Of a DNA stretch of 38,527 bases, positions 1-7,172 are shown piece by piece; positions within the stretch are counted from its first letter, which is position 1; each line of letters starts with the position of its first letter. Below the pieces are notes generated by a model. That model was not told the origin of the DNA, ran no database searches, and saw only the letters and a program-made list of their open reading frames with translations. Origin of the DNA: a virus (lineage: Duplodnaviria > Caudoviricetes); the IMG/VR virus record IMGVR_UViG_3300044507_000081, positions 1-38,527 of that record; one strand, 5' to 3'. A program made the translations under genes and the position numbers.

Positions 1-44
1 GCCCTCTCGTCTTGCGGCGGCGCGACGAGGGGGCCGTCATTTTT
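1..44 (+). terminator. probable intrinsic terminator (11-bp GC hairpin + T run)
   Basis: GCCCTCTCGTC (1-11) pairs with GACGAGGGGGC (24-34), followed by CGTCATTTTT. It would end the lysis operon if the window is circular. Confidence 0.55.
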
Positions 45-343
45 CCGCGAGGTGTCGCCGTGCCCATGCTAGGCTCGGGAGTCCGGGGCCGGTCCTCGCG
101 CCTCTCTCTCCTGGTGGCTTGGCGGCCTCCCAGGCGGCGCGGGAACCGGCCCCTCCTCTTCCCCCTCCAGGCCCCCGAACCGCCGCCCAGGAACTCTCCA
201 CCGACGCCCGTGATTTACCATGCCACCGGATCGTGCCGCCGCGAACCGCCCGCCGTTCAAGGGGTCACGGGGAGGCCCCGAGGAGGGGCCGGAAACGGCA
301 CCGGTGGCATGTACCTTTCCCGGAGGAATCTGACCCTCCCCCC

Positions 344-372
344 TTGCACCCCTCACCTGCGCCCATGATGAT
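344..372 (+). promoter_or_regulatory. possible sigma70-type early promoter
   Basis: TTGCAC (344-349), 17-bp spacer, GATGAT (367-372), about 110 nt upstream of the first ORF. The -10 match is weak. Confidence 0.3.
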
Positions 373-478
373 GCGCCCCTGGAGGCCGCCAATGACCGAG
401 AGAGAGAAGGGGAAGGGAAGGGCAGGGGCGGCCCCCGCCTGCGCCCGCGAAGAGGCGCCCGAGAGAGAGGCCGCCACC

Positions 479-1549
479 ATGACCAAGACCCCGAAGACCG
501 CCACCGCCGCCACCACCGCCGGACCCCGCGAGGCCGCGATCCTAGAAAAGGCCCTCGCCGCCGCCGAGAAGACCGCCGACACCGCATGGCACCGCGCGAG
601 GAAGGCCGAGAACACCGCCCAGGTCTACCGCGAGCGGGCCGCCCTCGCCCAGGTGAGGGCCGAGGACCTCGACCGGAAATCCCACGACCTCGCCCGCCTC
701 GCCGCCTCCTACCGGGCGAAGATCGCCGCCATGACCGGCGCCCCCGCCGCCGAGGCCCTCGCGCCCTTCCTGACCCCCGAGACCGAGGCGAAACTCGCCG
801 CCGCCCTCGCGCCCCTCTCCACCGAGGAGAAGGCGCAGGCCGCGCGGCACCGCGCCCAGGAGGCCGAGATCCTGAACCTGACCGCCGAAGACCTGAGCGC
901 CCACGACGACCCCGGCGGCGAGGCCTGCGGCGACTCCCCGGTCTGCCGGGTCTGCACCTTCCGCGAGGCCGAGGCGAACCGGCCACAATTCGCGGTGGCC
1001 CTGACCACCCGCCCGCGCGCCTGCGAGGCAGGATGCACCGCGCGGGCGACCGAGGCCTGGGCGGACGGCAAGGGCCTGCACGCCCTCTGCACCCCCTGCC
1101 GCGACCGCGCCCTTCGGGCGACCGGCGGCCCGACCCCCGCGCCTGACTTCTCCTGCGCGGAATGCGGCGAGGTCCTCCCCCGCCTGCGCCTGCGGCCCGA
1201 CCCCGACGAACCCGCCTCCCTCTACTGCGGTCCCTGCTTCCGCGACATCTTCGAGGACGAGGCGGCGGCCTGCGACGCCTGCCGCGCCAACGGCCCAGGC
1301 GCGAAGGGTTGCACCTGCAACGAGGAGAAGGCCCCCGAGGGCGCGCAGGCCTGGGCGGAGGACGACGCCGAGGCCGAGGCGGAGGGCCTCCTCTCCGACC
1401 TCCTCTCCCAGGCGCGCGAAGAGGGCGAGGCGCCGATCACCAGGGTCGAGACCTTCGGGGACGCCGGGGTCCTCTCCCGCGACCGGGGCCTGGTCCTCTA
1501 CCTCCTGGGCGGCGGCAGGATCTACCTGACGATCCGGCACTCCCGCTAG
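479..1549 (+). CDS. early hypothetical protein: N-terminal coiled coil, several CxxC zinc-binding motifs, C-terminal 'TFGDAGVL..GLVL' domain
   Basis: In frame with ORF 119-1549. Start chosen at ATG 479 after GAGAGAGAGG-CCGCCACC. Strong GC3 codon bias. Confidence 0.8.
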   Translation: MTKTPKTATAATTAGPREAAILEKALAAAEKTADTAWHRARKAENTAQVYRERAALAQVRAEDLDRKSHDLARLAASYRAKIAAMTGAPAAEALAPFLTPETEAKLAAALAPLSTEEKAQAARHRAQEAEILNLTAEDLSAHDDPGGEACGDSPVCRVCTFREAEANRPQFAVALTTRPRACEAGCTARATEAWADGKGLHALCTPCRDRALRATGGPTPAPDFSCAECGEVLPRLRLRPDPDEPASLYCGPCFRDIFEDEAAACDACRANGPGAKGCTCNEEKAPEGAQAWAEDDAEAEAEGLLSDLLSQAREEGEAPITRVETFGDAGVLSRDRGLVLYLLGGGRIYLTIRHSR

Positions 1550-1600
1550 GCCGAAACCCCCGCAAGGGGGTCGCGGGGTTCCGCCCCGCCTGACGAGGCC
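1549..1600 (+). ncRNA. hammerhead ribozyme HH1, type II (open stem II); cleavage after C1572
   Basis: GGCC-GAAA-CCCCC(GCAA)GGGGG-TC-GCGGGG(TTCCG)CCCCGC-CTGACGA-GGCC. All core residues present (CUGANGA, GAAA, GUC), with three perfect stems. Confidence 0.95.
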
Positions 1601-1643
1601 CGAGAGACCCGCAGAACCGAAGAGAGGAAGAGAGGCCGCCACC

Positions 1644-2363
1644 ATGAAAAAGACCCGCCCCGAACCCCTCCAGACCCCCGAGACGCTCGCCCAGGACGGC
1701 GCCCGCGCGGGGCGCCGCCTCCGCCGCGCCCAGGCCGAGAGGCGCCGCCGCCTGCGCCTGGGCGCCGAGGCCGACGCCGCCTATGACCGCGCCGCCTCCC
1801 TGGACGCCGACGACCGCGCCGCCCTCCGCCGCCTGGAGGAGGCCGAGGCCTTCCGCGCCCGGTTCTCCGCCGAGGCGACCGGCGGCCCGCAGGCCCGCCC
1901 CTCGACCAACCGGGGGATCTCCCTCCAGGGGCTGCTCCTCCTCCTGGGCCTGCGCCACGGCGCGACCCACCTCCTGACCGATTGGGGCGAGGAGACCGCC
2001 TGTTGCGGACTCAAGGCCTGCGACCACTCCTGCGAGGAGGACGACCCCTGCGCCCTCTGCGCGGGTCGGGGCGATTGCGGCGAGGGCCTTTTCCTCTGCG
2101 CCTGCGCGCCCCTCTCGCCCATGCCGCAGACCGCCGCCCTCCTCCACCTGCGGACCTGCCCCTCGGCCCGCCGCGACGGCCTGCGGATCGCGGTCTTCTC
2201 CGACGCCTGTTGGGTCTGCTACCGCCGCGAGGCGACCACCACCGAGCGGCGCGCCCTCTCCGGCCCCGCCTGCTACCGCGCCTGCGACTCCTGCGCCGAC
2301 CAGGTCGAGGCCGACGCGGTGGAGAAGGCCGAGACGGCGGCGGGTTGGGACCCGAACCCATAG
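1644..2363 (+). CDS. early Cys-rich hypothetical protein
   Basis: RBS GAGAGG-CCGCCACC-ATG; many CxxC pairs in the C-terminal half. Confidence 0.75.
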   Translation: MKKTRPEPLQTPETLAQDGARAGRRLRRAQAERRRRLRLGAEADAAYDRAASLDADDRAALRRLEEAEAFRARFSAEATGGPQARPSTNRGISLQGLLLLLGLRHGATHLLTDWGEETACCGLKACDHSCEEDDPCALCAGRGDCGEGLFLCACAPLSPMPQTAALLHLRTCPSARRDGLRIAVFSDACWVCYRREATTTERRALSGPACYRACDSCADQVEADAVEKAETAAGWDPNP

Positions 2364-2422
2364 GCCGAAACCCTGCCCCCTTCGGGGCGGGGTCGAGGGG
2401 TAAGGCCCCTCCTGACGAGGCC
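2363..2422 (+). ncRNA. hammerhead ribozyme HH2, type II; cleavage after C2394
   Basis: GGCC-GAAA-CCCTGCCCC(CTTC)GGGGCGGGG-TC-GAGGGG(TAAGG)CCCCTC-CTGACGA-GGCC. Confidence 0.95.
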
Positions 2423-2466
2423 AATACCGGCACCGCAGAAACGAGAGAGAGAGAGGAGACCCACCA

Positions 2467-3105
2467 ATGACCAACAAGCAGAGGACGCAGACCCTCCGGC
2501 AGGCGGCGGTCGAGGCCCAGGAGAAGATCAAGGCGGCGGCGGCGCTCTGGACACCGAAGACCCCCAACTCCGCCTTCACCTTCCTGGGCGAGGCGGACGC
2601 GATCCTGGTGACCGCCCTGAACCTGACCGGCGCCCTGCGGAAACCGGCCATGACCGAGGAGGAGAAGGCGGCGGCCAAGGCCGCGCGCCGGTTCGAGAAG
2701 GCCCAGGAGCGCATGCTCCGCCAACTCCGCCTGACCGGGATCCGGCAGGGGGCGTTCGGGATCGCCAAGGAAGGCGGCGCGCGGGTGGCCTTCCTGACCG
2801 ACCCGCGCCTGGAGGGGGCGAAGATCCTGGTCCAGGCCCAGGACGCCCAGGGCGCGATCTTCGCGGCGGAGGCCCTCGCCTACCGCCCCGACTACGCCGC
2901 CATGGACATGACCGCCCCGAAGGCGAAGGCGGCCACCCGGAAGACCGAGGCCGAGGGCGGCGCGAAGGGTGGCGCCCAGGCGCGCGCCAAGGGCGCCCAG
3001 GCGAAGGCGAAGGCCGCCCCGAAGGGGAAGGCCCCCGCGAAGGCCAAGGACCCCGTCCAGGCCGCCCAGGCGCCCCAGGGCGACCCCCTGGGTTCGCGGT
3101 TCTAG
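2467..3105 (+). CDS. early hypothetical protein with Lys/Ala-rich C-terminal tail
   Basis: RBS GAGGAG, strong codon bias, basic AKA-rich tail. Confidence 0.8.
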   Translation: MTNKQRTQTLRQAAVEAQEKIKAAAALWTPKTPNSAFTFLGEADAILVTALNLTGALRKPAMTEEEKAAAKAARRFEKAQERMLRQLRLTGIRQGAFGIAKEGGARVAFLTDPRLEGAKILVQAQDAQGAIFAAEALAYRPDYAAMDMTAPKAKAATRKTEAEGGAKGGAQARAKGAQAKAKAAPKGKAPAKAKDPVQAAQAPQGDPLGSRF

Positions 3106-3107
3106 CA

Positions 3108-3171
3108 GGCCGAAACCGGGCGCGCCCAGGCGGGCGCCCGGTCGGGCGGTGCGGCCGCCCCTGACGAGGCC
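3108..3171 (+). ncRNA. hammerhead ribozyme HH3, type II; cleavage after C3143
   Basis: GGCC-GAAA-CCGGGCGC(..)GCGCCCGG-TC-GGGCGG(TGCGG)CCGCCC-CTGACGA-GGCC. Confidence 0.95.
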
Positions 3172-3272
3172 AAGGCGAGAGGAGGGAGGCCCGCCCCAGG
3201 CGAGGAGAGAAGGCGAGAAGGCGAACCGAACCGGGCGGCCCAGGCCGCCCCCAGGAGAGAGGAGAAACCACC

Positions 3273-4436
3273 ATGTCGAACGTCAATCTGATGCAGGCCT
3301 CCCAGGAGTGGGCGGACCGCCCGGCGGACGAGAGGTTCTCGACCCCGGAGGAATTGCTCCAGGCGGTCACCGAGAGGAAGGCGCGCGCCGCGACCGCGAC
3401 CGTGCCCTTCTCCCTCCTCCAGGCCCAGGCCACCGGGGACCGCGGCCTTCTCCTGGTGGGTCCGGCGGGGGTCCCTGCCGCCCTCTCGGACTGGTCCTTC
3501 GGTCAGGTCTGCGGGAGGATCGGCGCGCCGAAATCCTACTTGCAGACCCTTCCCGCACCGAAGGCGGCGGACCTGGTGAACTACGGGATCTCCCAGGGCG
3601 AGGGCGCCGGTAAGATGGCGGCCCTCCTCCTGGACAACCGCGATGGCGCGACCCGGATCCGGTCCTTCAACTCGGAACTCTACGAACGCCTGTGGGACGA
3701 GGCCCTCGCCTCGCGCCTCTGCACCCTCCAGGCGGAAGGGTGGCGGGTTCCTCCCGCGCGGCCCGCATTCCCCAACCAGCCGGGGTCGCGCCCCGCGACC
3801 GAGGCGGACGTCCTGCGGTCTCGAGACGGCGGCGGCGGCCTCTCAATTTCCATCGGGGACATGATCGCCCCTGCGGGCCTCTACGCCGGGGACCGCGACA
3901 TGTTCGCCTTTATGGTGAACGAGGCGGCGCGCATCGAGGACGGAACCGACCAGGGCCTCTCGCGCGGGTTCTTCCTCCAGAACTCCGAGGTCGGCGCCTC
4001 CTCGGTGAAGATCACCGCCTTCCTCTACCGGCATGTCTGCGGGAACCACATCGTATGGGGCGCGGAGGCGGTGCGCCGCCTCGCGATCCGGCACGTCGGG
4101 GACGGGCCTGACCGGTTCTTCCGCGAACTCCGGGTGCGCCTCACCGAGTACACCGCCGAGGGTGCCGCAGAGGACCGCCTCCGGGTGAAAAAGGCCCAGG
4201 CCTTCACCCTCGCCGCGAAAAAGGACGAGGTGATCGACCTCCTGTTCAAGGCGGCGATCCTCTCGCGGCGGAAACTCACGACCGCCTACGACCTCGCGGA
4301 GGCGGAGAACGAGAACCCGACGACCGCCTGGGGGTTCGCCCAGGGCATCACCCGCCTCTCCCAGGCCGCGCCCTTCGCGGGCGAGCGGGCCGACATGGAC
4401 AAGGCGGCAGGGAAGGTCCTAGAGATGGCGTTCTAG
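3273..4436 (+). CDS. DUF932/DUF945-family phage/plasmid protein
   Basis: Motifs 'LYAGDRDMFAF', 'GFFLQNSEVG.SS..ITAFLYRHVCGNHIVWG' and 'TAWGFAQGIT'; RBS GAGGAG. Confidence 0.8.
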   Translation: MSNVNLMQASQEWADRPADERFSTPEELLQAVTERKARAATATVPFSLLQAQATGDRGLLLVGPAGVPAALSDWSFGQVCGRIGAPKSYLQTLPAPKAADLVNYGISQGEGAGKMAALLLDNRDGATRIRSFNSELYERLWDEALASRLCTLQAEGWRVPPARPAFPNQPGSRPATEADVLRSRDGGGGLSISIGDMIAPAGLYAGDRDMFAFMVNEAARIEDGTDQGLSRGFFLQNSEVGASSVKITAFLYRHVCGNHIVWGAEAVRRLAIRHVGDGPDRFFRELRVRLTEYTAEGAAEDRLRVKKAQAFTLAAKKDEVIDLLFKAAILSRRKLTTAYDLAEAENENPTTAWGFAQGITRLSQAAPFAGERADMDKAAGKVLEMAF

Positions 4437-4441
4437 GCCCA

Positions 4442-4515
4442 GGTCGAAACCCTGCGCGCGCGGGCGGCCTCTCTCGCGCGCAGGGTCGGCGGGTGACGCC
4501 CGCCCTGACGAGACC
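4442..4515 (+). ncRNA. hammerhead ribozyme HH4, type II; cleavage after C4487
   Basis: GGTC-GAAA-CCCTGCGCGCG(..)CGCGCGCAGGG-TC-GGCGGG(TGACG)CCCGCC-CTGACGA-GACC. Stem II carries a compensatory change (GGTC/GACC versus GGCC/GGCC). Confidence 0.95.
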
Positions 4516-4558
4516 CGGCGGCATGGGGCCGCCCTGGAACCGAGAGGAGGATCCCACC

Positions 4559-5047
4559 ATGAGCCTGAACCACGGCGCGGTCGAGGCCTTCGACCGCCAT
4601 GTCTGCCGCGCGATATGCGAGGCGCTCCAGAAGGCCGCCGAGGGGGTCGCGGAGACCTACGGGGTTGCGATCCAAATCGGCGGCGGGTCCTTCTCCTCGG
4701 GGGAGTTCAAACCCAAGGTCACGATCAAGACCAAGACCTCCGACCGCGACCTCTTCGCCTCCTACTGCGGCCTCTTCCACCTGCGCCCGGAACACTTCGG
4801 GCGCGAGGTCACGGTCTCGGGCGCCCGCTACCGGATCTCCGGGATCACCCCGAGGGTGGGCCGGTTCCCGATCCTCGGGGTTCGCCTGGACGGGAAGAGG
4901 GCGGACAAGACCTTCCGCCTCCCTGCCCTGCCGGTGCGGTCCTCTCTCGGTATCTGCGAGGCCTGCCACAAGGACGGGGCCTCCTGCGGGTGCCCCTCTG
5001 ACCGGCAGGCGGTCGCCTTCGCCCAGGCCTGGAGGTCACGCCCGTGA
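4559..5047 (+). CDS. early phage hypothetical protein
   Basis: RBS GAGGAGG-ATCCCACC-ATG, in frame with ORF 4493-5047. Confidence 0.8.
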   Translation: MSLNHGAVEAFDRHVCRAICEALQKAAEGVAETYGVAIQIGGGSFSSGEFKPKVTIKTKTSDRDLFASYCGLFHLRPEHFGREVTVSGARYRISGITPRVGRFPILGVRLDGKRADKTFRLPALPVRSSLGICEACHKDGASCGCPSDRQAVAFAQAWRSRP

Positions 5048-5223
5048 CGGCGCCCTCCTGCCCCGCCTGCGGCGGACCCGGCGGCCTCCTCGGGACCCTC
5101 GGGTTCCTGCGGTGGTTCCGGTGCATCGCCTGCGGCATGGAGTTCAACCGCCGCCTGCGCCCGAGGAGGCGCAAGGCCGAGAAGGCGCCCCAGGCGCGAG
5201 GGGAGGCCCTTCACAGACCCTGA
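5044..5223 (+). CDS. 59-aa zinc-ribbon protein (CPAC...CIAC), not in the ORF track
   Basis: GTGA overlap with the previous stop; translates as MTAPSCPACGG...FRCIACGMEFNRRLR. Confidence 0.65.
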   Translation: MTAPSCPACGGPGGLLGTLGFLRWFRCIACGMEFNRRLRPRRRKAEKAPQARGEALHRP

Positions 5224-5347
5224 AACTCCCCCGCCCTGGGGAGAGGAGGCGCACGCCGCCGTGGGTGGCGCCCTCGCGGAGTCCAGGATCGGTTCGCCGC
5301 GAGGGCGCCGATGGTCTCACCGCACCGAGCCGTCCAGGAGGTCAACC

Positions 5348-5593
5348 GTGAAGAACGGCAGGAAGAGGGAAAGGGTGGCCGAGGGGTTCAAGGTATCGGA
5401 AATCGTCCTGGTCAAGGGACGCTCGACCCTCTACCGCTACCAGGTCCCGACCGAGGCCTGCGCGGTCTGTTTCGACTGTGAGGCGTGCCCCGATGGGAAG
5501 GGGGTCGGCCCGGAGATCCTGTTCGCGCCCGAGAGGGCGGAGGCGCACCGCCGCCGAGGCCACGAGGTGGTCCCGGTGGTGCGGCGCGGGTGA
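5348..5593 (+). CDS. small hypothetical protein (CxxC, H motifs)
   Basis: RBS AGGAGG then GTG at 5348. Confidence 0.65.
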   Translation: MKNGRKRERVAEGFKVSEIVLVKGRSTLYRYQVPTEACAVCFDCEACPDGKGVGPEILFAPERAEAHRRRGHEVVPVVRRG

Positions 5594-5790
5594 AGGGGCC
5601 GCGCAGGAAGGTCGAGGGCGGGCGCCTCTTCGTGAAAGACGGCATGGTCTGGAGGGACGCGGGGCCTGCGCCCCCGCGCCGCCGCCTCACCGAGGCGCAG
5701 AGGGAGGCGCGCCACCGCGCGCGCATGGACCGGTGGGCCGCCCGCTACGACCGCCTGGACGGCGCGCCAGAAGGGAGGGAGGATTCATGA
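5590..5790 (+). CDS. small basic hypothetical protein
   Basis: GTGA and ATGA overlaps on both sides. Confidence 0.6.
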   Translation: MKGPRRKVEGGRLFVKDGMVWRDAGPAPPRRRLTEAQREARHRARMDRWAARYDRLDGAPEGREDS

Positions 5791-5981
5791 CCTTGATCCT
5801 CGGCGGGGACCGGCCCGTGCCGCCCGCCAACCGCAAGGTGAAGACGGGGTCGCCCGCCCAGGCGGCGGCCTTCCTCTTCGCCGTTCTCGCCCTCGCCGTC
5901 TGCGGGGGCGAACTCCTCGGGTGGATCCTGGACCGGGTCGCCCTCTTCTCCTGGGCGGCCTCCCAGGGGTGGCGCCCTTGA
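5787..5981 (+). CDS. small membrane protein
   Basis: RBS GGAGG; one hydrophobic helix (AAAFLFAVLALAVCGG). Confidence 0.6.
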   Translation: MTLILGGDRPVPPANRKVKTGSPAQAAAFLFAVLALAVCGGELLGWILDRVALFSWAASQGWRP

Positions 5982-6814
5982 CCACCAGAAGGGTCCACCG
6001 ATCCGTCTCGGGCCTGCGCCTGTTCCAGAAGTGCCCCGCCGCCTGGGAGCAGAAGTACGTCCAGGGCCTTCACATGCCCTCGGGGGTTCATGCGATCCGG
6101 GGGCAGGGGCCGCACGCGGCGGTCGCGCACAACCTCTCGCAGAAGATCACGACGCGGGTGGACCTGCCGCTCGAGGAAGTGCTCGCCGTCGCCGCCGAGA
6201 CGGTCGCCACCGGGTTTCGCGGCGAGGTGCACTTGACCGAGGAGGAGAGGACGATCGGCATCCGAAACCTAGAGGCCAAGGCGAAGGACACCGCGGTCGC
6301 CATGACCCGGTTCCACCACCTGCGGGTCTCGCCCCACATGCGCCCTCTCGCGGTCGAGAGGGAGATCCGGGTCAGGCCCGATCCTCGCCTGGGCCTGCCG
6401 GAGGTGGTCGGTCGACCGGACCTGGTCACCGAGGGAGGAGGCCCAGGCCTGGAGGACCTCCACGATCACAAGACCAAGGAAGCGTCACCCAGGGAGGGAG
6501 AGGAGCACTACGAGCAGGGCCTCACCATGTACGCCCTCCTCTTCCACTCGAAGTACGGCCACCTGCCGCGCACCGTCTCCCTCGACTTCCTGGTGGCGCG
6601 CGGCCACCGGGTGGAGTTCTACCACCGCCCGTCGACCCGGAGCATGGACGACTTGCGGGGTATGGTCACCGCCCTCCAGAAGGCGGAGGCCTCGATTCAG
6701 GCGGGCGCCTTTCCGCCGACCGACCCCTCGAACTGGTGGTGCTCCGAGAAGTGGTGCGGGTTCTGGAACCGCTGCCCCTTCGTCGCGGGGCGCCGCCGAA
6801 GGGAGGGGGCATGA
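5978..6814 (+). CDS. PD-(D/E)XK RecB/Cas4-like exonuclease
   Basis: 'SVSGLRLFQKCP', 'GRPDLV', 'DHKT', 'QGLTMYA' and C-terminal 'WCSEKWCGFWNRCP' (four-Cys Fe-S-type arrangement). Confidence 0.85.
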   Translation: MTTRRVHRSVSGLRLFQKCPAAWEQKYVQGLHMPSGVHAIRGQGPHAAVAHNLSQKITTRVDLPLEEVLAVAAETVATGFRGEVHLTEEERTIGIRNLEAKAKDTAVAMTRFHHLRVSPHMRPLAVEREIRVRPDPRLGLPEVVGRPDLVTEGGGPGLEDLHDHKTKEASPREGEEHYEQGLTMYALLFHSKYGHLPRTVSLDFLVARGHRVEFYHRPSTRSMDDLRGMVTALQKAEASIQAGAFPPTDPSNWWCSEKWCGFWNRCPFVAGRRRREGA

Positions 6815-6984
6815 CCGCGCCCTTCCTCTACCGCCTCCTGCGCGCCCTTCTCTTCCGCCTGGAGTGGGAAGGCCGCAACGGCGACCACTCCCTGGAGGCC
6901 TGCCGCAGGCGGGTGCGGGAGAAGAGGGCGATCCGCCGGATCGCTATCGCGGCCTCCCTGCCGCCCGAGAGGCTGCCCCGATGA
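6811..6984 (+). CDS. small hypothetical protein
   Basis: ATGA overlaps on both sides; RBS GGAGG. Confidence 0.5.
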   Translation: MTAPFLYRLLRALLFRLEWEGRNGDHSLEACRRRVREKRAIRRIAIAASLPPERLPR

Positions 6985-7172
6985 AGAGGCCGCGCCGCAC
7001 GCGCAATACCGCCCAGGAGTCGATCCTCACCGTCGAGGCCTTCTCCCTGGAGAACGAGCAGAACTGGACAACCTTTCACGGCGTCCTGTCACCCGACAGG
7101 GCGCGCGCCCTCCGCGCGGTTCTTCGCCTCGCGCGTGAGGCGGTTCGCAACCGGCGAAGATCGGAGGACTGA
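6981..7172 (+). CDS. small hypothetical protein
   Basis: ATGA overlap upstream, TGATG coupling downstream. Confidence 0.5.
   Translation: MKRPRRTRNTAQESILTVEAFSLENEQNWTTFHGVLSPDRARALRAVLRLAREAVRNRRRSED

Noticed and set aside
45-478. A hammerhead or tRNA upstream of the first gene
   Set aside because: I found no CUGANGA/GAAA pair with compatible stems and no cloverleaf, only short GC hairpins.
1526-1578. A second CTGACGA inside ORF 479 that might form an alternative hammerhead with GAAA 1553
   Set aside because: No stem II or stem I can form in that register.
470-1646. Exact vertebrate Kozak sequence GCCGCCACCATG at two starts, suggesting eukaryotic or synthetic origin
   Set aside because: Both follow a Shine-Dalgarno-like GAGAGG, the other leaders diverge from Kozak, and the gene content is purely bacteriophage. 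It is most likely a coincidental spacer.
1549-4515. The recurring GGCCGAAAC...CCTGACGAGGCC motifs read as CRISPR repeats, integron attC sites or terminators
   Set aside because: Spacing is gene-sized, the interiors co-vary rather than repeat, and there are no U tracts or integrase. The hammerhead consensus explains every conserved base.
5978-6814. Cas4-like nuclease as evidence of a CRISPR-Cas system
   Set aside because: There is no array and no other cas gene; solo PD-(D/E)XK exonucleases are normal in phage recombination modules.
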